Assembly: GCA_035403965.1 (NCBI GenBank)
Contig: DAONGE010000001.1
Location: 85,008-149,007, forward strand
DNA length: 64,000 bases
Origin: Candidatus Omnitrophota bacterium
GTDB taxonomy: Bacteria; Omnitrophota; Gorgyraeia; Tantalellales; Tantalellaceae
Direction of reading: 5' to 3'
This document shows, piece after piece, positions 58,154-64,000 of the stretch (position 1 is its first letter; the number at the start of each line of letters is the position of its first letter). The notes under the pieces were generated by a model. That model was not told the origin of the DNA, ran no database searches, and saw only the letters and a program-made list of their open reading frames with translations. The position numbers and the translations under genes were made by a program.

Positions 58154-58332
58154 AAATACAGGGTGGTCACAGTATAGCGCATAGTTTGAATTGTTAACGG
58201 CGGAATGATGGAAAAACTGAAGAATTGTTTGTTGAATCCCGTGTTTACGTGTAAGATAATCTGCGGACTTTGTGTAGTAAAATTCGGATAGACGCGTGCA
58301 TGGTAAAACAAAATAAGAGGGAAAAGGACTAT

Positions 58333-60096
58333 ATGAAAAAAATAACCGTGGCTTTGATCTTCTTTTTTCTGGCGAATGTAATTTATTTTACTACCGGGAG
58401 CGTTACTGCGTATGCGGTGGATGAATCAAATTCACGCGATGCGGCTACTGCGAAAACTACGCTTAAGAGATCAGCGATGGCGGCGGAAGCGCTGAAGCAT
58501 TTGGGAGATACTGAGAAGTATGATCCGAGTGCCGCGTACCAGGGAACAGGTGGTAAAGCGGCAGCAGATAAAGCGGCAGCAGATAAAGCGGCAGCAGATA
58601 AAGCGGCAGCAGGTGAATCAAGTATATCCGAGTTTGCCAAGATGAAGAAAGCGGAGGCGGCGGCAGTGAAAAAGCAGATTGAAAACTATAGTAAAAGAGA
58701 GGATACGATTGATTACGGTGCAAACTTGACTCAGGCGAATTCCTCGGCACTTAAAAGGCCGACGGGTGCAACCTTTAGAGACAAGTATAAAGACTATACC
58801 GCCGAGACCCAAGATAAAGGGGAAAAGGCCTCCCAAGCGGGCTTTTATGAGGGAACAAAACAAGGATCCGGTTACAGTAAGCCAAAGACAGAGGCTTCCA
58901 AAACACAGATAATGCTAAACAATGTGGGTAAAGCACCTGAGGCGGCGCAGGAGAGAAATTTGACAGACGCGAAACAATTGATCGTTGGAAACGCCACAGC
59001 GGGAAAAACGGCAGCGGATAAAGCAGCAGCAGATAAGGCAGCAGCGGAAAAAGCGGCAGCTGAAAAAGCCGCTGCTCAGAAGGCAGCCACTGACGCAAAA
59101 GCTCTAGCGGCGGAAAAACAGGCTGCGGCGGAAAAAGCCGCGGTTTTGGCGGCAAAAGCCGCCGCTGACGCAAAATCTGCCACCGTGATAAGGGAACATG
59201 CGGATAGAAGATTAAGCGGAACAAAAAGTGCAGTCGAAAAGGCGAAAAAAGAAGGGATTCCTTCGGGTACACAAAATACCATGGACGATGTTGTGAAAGT
59301 AAGAGAGAAATACAAACAGGAAAAGTCTACAGAAGAGAACGCGGCGAAAAAAGCCGCAGAAGACGCGGCAAAAGCGGCGGAAGCAGCTGAAAAAGAGGCA
59401 AGGGAAGCGGCGGAAAAAGCCGCGGAATTAGAGAAAGCCGCCGGAATATCGTCGGGGGATAAAACGGTAAGTCAGGCTGAAGAAGAAGCCAAAAAAGCAA
59501 AAAATTCCGTCGCCGCTGCGAAAAAGGCGCTAGAAAAAGCGATAGAAAAAGTAAAAACAAATAAAGCGGACGCCGAGACAAACTCGCTTGAAATAGAAGC
59601 AGCGAAAAAGACAGCGGATGATTTTGAAAAAAGGGCGGAAGATTATGCCAGAGAGGCGCAAAGGCTGAAAGAAGAAGCTGAAAAGAAAAAAGGAACTAGT
59701 GATGAAGCAGCTGCTAAACGGCGAGCAGATCTGGCAGCACAGGAAGCGGATAGAGTAGCTAAAGAAACTGCCGGACCGAAACAAAAGGTGAAAGATCATA
59801 TGGTCAAAGCCGCATCCTTGGACCGCGCGATAAAATCAGCGGAAGAAGAAATAGAAAAAGCGGCAAAGGCTTTATCAGCTGCGAAAGCCGCAGCGGCGGC
59901 GGCGGATAGGGCGGTAGCTGACGCCACCGAGCGCGAAAAAGCGACATCGAAAAATAACGATAAGGGGGAAAATCAATCCGCTAATAACGATCTAAAGTCT
60001 CTGAAAGATGACATGGCGAATGATAACGAGATATTGGATACAAAAGATATACAGGCGCAAAAACAGGCACAAAACGAGATAAGTCCGTCACGATAA
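58333..60096 (+). CDS. secreted Ala/Lys/Glu-rich low-complexity protein (predicted long alpha-helical; TolA-domain-II-like composition) with the conserved C-terminal tail
   Basis: Ribosome-binding site GAGGGAAAAGG precedes ATG 58333. Signal peptide MKKITVALIFFFLANVIYFTTGSVTAYA. Contains (AADKA)n and EKAAKEAAE repeats. It ends DDMANDNEILDTKDIQAQKQAQNEISPSR. The ORF track's upstream start at 58270 was rejected. Confidence 0.6.
   Translation: MKKITVALIFFFLANVIYFTTGSVTAYAVDESNSRDAATAKTTLKRSAMAAEALKHLGDTEKYDPSAAYQGTGGKAAADKAAADKAAADKAAAGESSISEFAKMKKAEAAAVKKQIENYSKREDTIDYGANLTQANSSALKRPTGATFRDKYKDYTAETQDKGEKASQAGFYEGTKQGSGYSKPKTEASKTQIMLNNVGKAPEAAQERNLTDAKQLIVGNATAGKTAADKAAADKAAAEKAAAEKAAAQKAATDAKALAAEKQAAAEKAAVLAAKAAADAKSATVIREHADRRLSGTKSAVEKAKKEGIPSGTQNTMDDVVKVREKYKQEKSTEENAAKKAAEDAAKAAEAAEKEAREAAEKAAELEKAAGISSGDKTVSQAEEEAKKAKNSVAAAKKALEKAIEKVKTNKADAETNSLEIEAAKKTADDFEKRAEDYAREAQRLKEEAEKKKGTSDEAAAKRRADLAAQEADRVAKETAGPKQKVKDHMVKAASLDRAIKSAEEEIEKAAKALSAAKAAAAAADRAVADATEREKATSKNNDKGENQSANNDLKSLKDDMANDNEILDTKDIQAQKQAQNEISPSR
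58556..58611 (+). repeat. tandem 15-nt coding repeat (aaagcggcagcagat x ~3.7) encoding (AADKA)n
   Basis: Direct inspection. Similar imperfect 15-nt arrays lie at 59010-59060 and 60913-61003. Confidence 0.7.
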
Positions 60097-60241
60097 AGGA
60101 TATGGTTTTAAAAGACGAGGGAACGAATAATTATACGTTTTAATTTTGATATGCGGAATAATGTGTGGTACTGTTGTAAAGATATTCTGACGGAAAGGAA
60201 GCGGTGAAGATGAATCTTTGCAACAACAATTTGAGGAGCTT

Positions 60242-61975
60242 ATGAAAAAACTTACCATTAGCATTGCCTGTTTTTTTCTGATGAACATTATATGTTGTAC
60301 GGCTTCGGATGTCAGTGTGGCCGATGAATCAAAAAATATAATCACTCCGGGGAATTCTAACTTGACAACAGGATCAGGGACAGGCGCGGCATCAAAAGAC
60401 GAGACAAAAAAAGGAGCTTCTGGCGCAAATGTTCGCGCGGGTGCAGGCGCAGGTGGATCCGCAGCTGCTGGACTAACAAGTGGAAAGCTTGCAGGCATTT
60501 CCAGTGGAGTAGCCGCAGTAGCTGCTGGAATAGCCGCAGCGTCTGGAGCCGGAGGAGGTGGTGGAGTAGTACCATCATCAGGAGCAGGTGCGAAATCAAC
60601 CGCTGCAGCGGATAAAGCGGTAATAGCCGCAGCCGCAGCAGCAGTAACAGTATCAGATCAAGCGGCAACGTATAAAGCAGCAGCGGGTGTATCTGATCAA
60701 AACGATGGGGCTACTACGAAAACTACGTCTCAGAAATCAGCGGCGGCGGAGGCAGCACTGAATCAGCTGAAAAATTTTGGTAAAGATAAGAAAAAATATG
60801 ATCCAGGTGCCGCCTTGACTAAGGCGGATTCCTCGGCAATAAAAAATGCGTTGGGTTCAACTGATGCGAAACAACAAGCCTTTAGTACCAAGTACCAGCA
60901 ACCAGGTGAGAAGTCGGCAGCAGAAAAAGCAGCAGCGGATAAAGCGGCGGCAGATAAGGCAGCAGCAGATAAAGCCGCGGCAGATAAAGCAGCCGCAGAG
61001 AAGTATTCAGCCGCGGAAAAAGCCGTAGTAGAGAAGGCTAAAGCTTCTGTCGCGTTAACCGCGGCGGAAAAGGCGCAAGCCGAGGCGGAAAGCGAATTGA
61101 AGAAATTGGAAAGTATGGACTCCGCAACGCGATTTCTACTCTTTGGTGTAGCTAGGGAGGGGGATCAAAAATATAAGGGAGCTCTAAAAGAAGCGGAAGC
61201 GAAAGTTGCCGCGGCAAAAGAGGCGACAGAGAAAGCTGAAAAGACGGCAGAGGAAACTAAAGAAGCGGCGGATAAAGCTGAAAAAGAGGCGATAGACGCC
61301 GCTAAAGCGGTAAAAGCCCTTACAGTCGGGGCTACAGGAGAAAAAACAGCGACGGAAAAAGCGGCAGCGGCGGAAAAAGCGAAAAAGGAAGTTAGCGAAG
61401 CAAAAGACAATGTTAAGGCGACGGAAAAAGCCGCCGCTTTGGCGGTAGAAAAAGCAGCCGAAGCCGTGGCAAAAATAAAAGCGAATAAAAAAGCGGCGGA
61501 AGAAGCCAAGTTAGCGGCAGAACAAAAGACAAACGATGCAAAGGAAATAGCAAGAAAGTTAGAGGCGGCAAAAGAAGTTAAGGAAAAAGAAAATAAAAGA
61601 GGGAACACCAATCGTGCAACCGATCTGGTGATCACAAGGAATACAGCATCCCTTGAAGAGTATAAAGCAGAAGCAAAAAAATTCCAGCAGGAAGAGGCTG
61701 ATAGGTTAGCGGAGATAAAAAAATTAGAAGCAGAGGCAAAATTAGCTGAAGAAGAAGCCGAAAAAGCGGCATTAGCGGCATTGTCGGCAAGAAAGGTGTT
61801 AGCTGACAAATCATATGAGGCAGAAAGAGCGGAAGAAGCCGCGAAAGGTACGTCAAGTAAAACAGGTTCGGCGGATAAAGACCTAAAGTCTTTGGAAGAA
61901 GACATGGCGAATGATAACGAGATATTGGATACAAAAGATATACAGGCACAAAAAGAGATAAGTCCGTCACGATAA
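60242..61975 (+). CDS. secreted Gly/Ala-rich then Ala/Lys/Glu-rich low-complexity protein, paralog of 58333-60096, with the conserved C-terminal tail
   Basis: Ribosome-binding site GAGGAG precedes ATG 60242. Signal peptide MKKLTISIACFFLMNIICCTAS. Shares KKYDP.AA and (AADKA)n with the upstream paralog. It ends EEDMANDNEILDTKDIQAQKEISPSR. Confidence 0.6.
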   Translation: MKKLTISIACFFLMNIICCTASDVSVADESKNIITPGNSNLTTGSGTGAASKDETKKGASGANVRAGAGAGGSAAAGLTSGKLAGISSGVAAVAAGIAAASGAGGGGGVVPSSGAGAKSTAAADKAVIAAAAAAVTVSDQAATYKAAAGVSDQNDGATTKTTSQKSAAAEAALNQLKNFGKDKKKYDPGAALTKADSSAIKNALGSTDAKQQAFSTKYQQPGEKSAAEKAAADKAAADKAAADKAAADKAAAEKYSAAEKAVVEKAKASVALTAAEKAQAEAESELKKLESMDSATRFLLFGVAREGDQKYKGALKEAEAKVAAAKEATEKAEKTAEETKEAADKAEKEAIDAAKAVKALTVGATGEKTATEKAAAAEKAKKEVSEAKDNVKATEKAAALAVEKAAEAVAKIKANKKAAEEAKLAAEQKTNDAKEIARKLEAAKEVKEKENKRGNTNRATDLVITRNTASLEEYKAEAKKFQQEEADRLAEIKKLEAEAKLAEEEAEKAALAALSARKVLADKSYEAERAEEAAKGTSSKTGSADKDLKSLEEDMANDNEILDTKDIQAQKEISPSR

Positions 61976-61997
61976 AAATAAAAGGGAGCCAAGACTA

Positions 61998-63161
61998 ATG
62001 AGAAAATATCTAATCAGATCAGTTGTCGCGTTGATAGTGGGGATAGGCATGATCTCGCCTGATACCGGTTTCGCATGGGAAAAGGGCGCGGTCAAGGTTG
62101 ATTCTTTCTTTAAAACACAGGAACAGTGGGACAGTAACGTTTTCTACGATCATGACGACCCGCAACACGATTTTATAACGATACTTACGCCCGGGATAGC
62201 CGGTGAATATGGTTTTGGGGTGGGGAAAAAACATAAAATTTGGACAAAATATCTTTGTGAAATGGGTATCTTTGGAAAATATGATGAGCAGAACTATGGA
62301 AACCATGATGCTCAAGGCGGCATATTCCTGGATATGGACAAATATACGGTCGATGTGAATAACCGTTTTCAGTTCACTTCAGACAGGGCCGGCACGGAGT
62401 TTGAAAACAGAACCTTGCGAAAAATAGATACATTGAACGCCGTTGTGGGGTGGAATTTCAATAAATTCAGTTTTGATACGGGCTACCAATTTTATATTGT
62501 GAATTTTTTAAGCGATGTTCTTGATGGTTTCAATAGATATGAGAACACGGGTTTTATTACCGGCTATATCGAGATAGCTCCAAAGACCAAAGGCCTTTTG
62601 GAGTTCACTTATACAAATTTGCAATATCCCGACGCCAGCGGTAGGAATGGTAACGCGTACAGGGGTATGGCCGGTGTAAAAGGTGACATAACGGCCAAAC
62701 TGACGGGTATCGCCAAAGCGGGTTATAAGTACAAAGCGTATGAGAATTCTACGATGGAAGATTATTCAAACGCGGCGGCAGAGATCGCCCTTGTATACGC
62801 CATCAACGACAAAATGGATACCACGTTTTCTTATACAAGGGAACCGTTCGAGTCGACGTATAGCAACAACAACTATTACATCGGTGACCATTTTCTTGGC
62901 GCTTATAATTACAGGTTCGGGAACGGTTTTTTATTTAAGACGGAAGGCATGTATTTCCATAACGATTATCCGAATGTGGGATCAGGCGAAACTAAAAAAA
63001 GACGGGATGACGAATGGGCCGTTGGCCCCCGGCTTGAATACGCCTGGAAAGAGTGGATAGTGGTAGGGATTGAGTATAAATTCCATCAGAGACATTCGAC
63101 TATTACCTTGCGTACTTATGATGAGAACGTTGTAAGCAGCGATGTGATGTTTAAGTTCTAA
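61998..63161 (+). CDS. putative outer-membrane beta-barrel protein
   Basis: Signal peptide MRKYLIRSVVALIVGIGMISPDTGFA. Alternating hydrophobic/polar strands rich in Y/F/G/N. The C-terminal residue is Phe (…DVMFKF), typical of OMP beta-barrels. It follows the stop of the preceding gene by 22 nt. Confidence 0.5.
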   Translation: MRKYLIRSVVALIVGIGMISPDTGFAWEKGAVKVDSFFKTQEQWDSNVFYDHDDPQHDFITILTPGIAGEYGFGVGKKHKIWTKYLCEMGIFGKYDEQNYGNHDAQGGIFLDMDKYTVDVNNRFQFTSDRAGTEFENRTLRKIDTLNAVVGWNFNKFSFDTGYQFYIVNFLSDVLDGFNRYENTGFITGYIEIAPKTKGLLEFTYTNLQYPDASGRNGNAYRGMAGVKGDITAKLTGIAKAGYKYKAYENSTMEDYSNAAAEIALVYAINDKMDTTFSYTREPFESTYSNNNYYIGDHFLGAYNYRFGNGFLFKTEGMYFHNDYPNVGSGETKKRRDDEWAVGPRLEYAWKEWIVVGIEYKFHQRHSTITLRTYDENVVSSDVMFKF

Positions 63162-63189
63162 AAAACATATAAACAATTATCAGGGACTG

Positions 63190-63228
63190 AAGGGGCAAAA
63201 GGCAGTAACTTGCCCCTTTGTTTTTTAT
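63190..63228 (+). terminator. rho-independent terminator after the beta-barrel gene
   Basis: Stem AAGGGGCAA / TTGCCCCTT with an 11-nt loop, followed by TGTTTTTTAT. Confidence 0.55.
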
Positions 63229-63232
63229 ATCG

Positions 63233-63261
63233 TTGACAACCTCGAACCGATAGGTACAATA
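63233..63261 (+). promoter_or_regulatory. consensus sigma-70-type promoter for the polysaccharide-export gene
   Basis: TTGACA (63233-63238), a 17-nt spacer, then TACAAT (63256-63261). The predicted transcription start lies almost at the annotated ATG 63270. Confidence 0.5.
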
Positions 63262-63269
63262 AACTTACT

Positions 63270-63887
63270 ATGATGCTGAAAAAACTGTGTTTTATCACAA
63301 AAGCGGCGATGTTTTTTGCGATCGTAACGGCATGTAACTGTGTGTATTGCGATACGTCCGGGAACAACTCCAAAGTAAAAGTATCGGATGATTACCAAAT
63401 AGGGCCGGAGAATGTGCTGGTCATAGATGTGTATTATGGGAAGGATATGAACCTTTCCCGTAAGGTACGAGTTTCGCCGTCCGGAAAAATGAACTTTCCA
63501 CTTCTTGGCGAAGTAGAAGTGAAAGGGTTGACTGTATCTTCCTTGGAGAATAAACTTCGTGAGCTTCTTGAAAAAGACTATCTTGTAAATCCGCAGGTTT
63601 CCGTATTTATCGAAGAATACAGCAATGTTTCGATCCTGGGACAGGTAAATAAACCCGGGGTATATCCCCTAAAAGGGAAGATGACCGTAATAGAACTTAT
63701 TTCTCTTGCCGGTGGATTCACTAAAATAGCCGCTCCGAACGATGTTAAGGTAATACGCACGAACGATGACGGTTCGAAAGCTGCGATCAACGTCAAGGCG
63801 AACGATATAATAAACGGCGGTAAACAGGAAGAAGATGTGATTGTCAAAGCCGGGGATATAGTTACTGTCCCGGAAAGTTTTTTCTAA
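63270..63887 (+). CDS. polysaccharide biosynthesis/export protein (Wza/EpsE-like: Poly_export plus SLBB domains), probable lipoprotein
   Basis: NPQVSVFIEEYSNVSILGQVNKPGVYPLKGKMTVIELISLAGGFT is the Poly_export/SLBB signature. A lipobox-like VTAC lies near the N-terminus. A downstream alternative start at 63309 is possible. Confidence 0.7.
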   Translation: MMLKKLCFITKAAMFFAIVTACNCVYCDTSGNNSKVKVSDDYQIGPENVLVIDVYYGKDMNLSRKVRVSPSGKMNFPLLGEVEVKGLTVSSLENKLRELLEKDYLVNPQVSVFIEEYSNVSILGQVNKPGVYPLKGKMTVIELISLAGGFTKIAAPNDVKVIRTNDDGSKAAINVKANDIINGGKQEEDVIVKAGDIVTVPESFF

Positions 63888-63898
63888 GGCGATGAAAG

Positions 63899-64000
63899 AT
63901 GAATAGACATTTAGAGACGGAAATAGATCTTAAAAAATACGCGGACATTTTATACGCTCGCCGGTGGATAATATTCGCCTCGATGACGGTCGCATGCGTG
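63899..64000 (+). CDS. polysaccharide chain-length determinant (Wzz-like) protein, N-terminal fragment (continues beyond the window)
   Basis: MNRHLETEIDLKKYADILYARRWIIFASMTVACV. The DL..Y..IL.RR.WII plus TM pattern is the characteristic Wzz-family N-terminus. Confidence 0.5.
   Translation, partial: MNRHLETEIDLKKYADILYARRWIIFASMTVACV

Noticed and set aside
58556-58611. Tandem 15-nt repeats considered as a possible CRISPR or minisatellite
   Set aside because: The unit is only 15 nt and has no spacers. It lies in frame inside a coding region and encodes (AADKA)n. It is a coding low-complexity repeat, not a CRISPR array.
58383-61992. Many minus-strand and alternate-frame ORFs (for example 58463-58750, 58775-59272, 59327-59581, 60357-60668, 61165-61992, 61632-61970) opposite the Ala/Lys/Glu-rich genes
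   Set aside because: They are produced by the GCN/AAR-biased low-complexity coding sequence on the plus strand. The translations are Leu/Pro/Ser-rich junk and overlap well-supported plus-strand genes that have signal peptides and ribosome-binding sites.

Overview
This 64-kb window comes from a moderately GC-rich bacterial chromosome. Gene density is high and several genes overlap at ATGA stop/start junctions. No rRNA genes, CRISPR arrays, integrases or transposases were found.

Layout, left to right:
- 1-6.3 kb: housekeeping and chemotaxis-type genes (MCP fragment, D-2-hydroxyacid dehydrogenase, alpha/beta hydrolase, PabB-like chorismate enzyme, CheY-like receiver, parvulin PPIase).
- 6.48-7.1 kb: a tRNA-Ser(UGA) followed by two degenerate ~220-bp tandem units, each ending in a copy of the tRNA 3' end.
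- 7.27-32.5 kb: a ~25-kb, mostly co-directional glycan-biosynthesis island unusually rich in radical SAM enzymes. It holds three small radical-SAM paralogs (one truncated), two B12-binding radical SAMs, two FkbM-type methyltransferases, two DegT aminotransferases, and a sugar formyltransferase. It also holds a pyruvyl transferase, a WbqC-like protein, GT2 and CgeB-like glycosyltransferases, an NAD-dependent epimerase/dehydratase, an MsbA-like ABC exporter and two paralogous polytopic membrane proteins.
- 32.5-33.1 kb: the island is closed by a PEP-CTERM protein gene and a bidirectional terminator.
- 33.2-41.1 kb: a PIF1/RecD-like helicase, an ArfB-like GGQ rescue factor and a gcvT-gcvH-gcvPA-gcvPB-lplA operon.
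- 42.3-47.9 kb: a 1841-aa signal-peptide protein with an embedded glycogen-synthase-like GT-B domain.
- 47.9-56.8 kb: an EF-hand protein, a TPR/HExxH protein, a PilZ protein, an HTH-REC regulator, a glutaminyl-cyclase-like propeller and comEA-comEC.
- 57.4-64 kb: three consecutive secreted proteins sharing a conserved C-terminal tail (two are Ala/Lys/Glu-rich low-complexity proteins). They are followed by an outer-membrane beta-barrel, a Wza-like exporter and the start of a Wzz-like chain-length determinant.

A mosaic family of intergenic repeats recurs at about 35.1-36.1, 41.1-41.6 and 56.8-57.2 kb. It generates several spurious ORFs in the supplied track.
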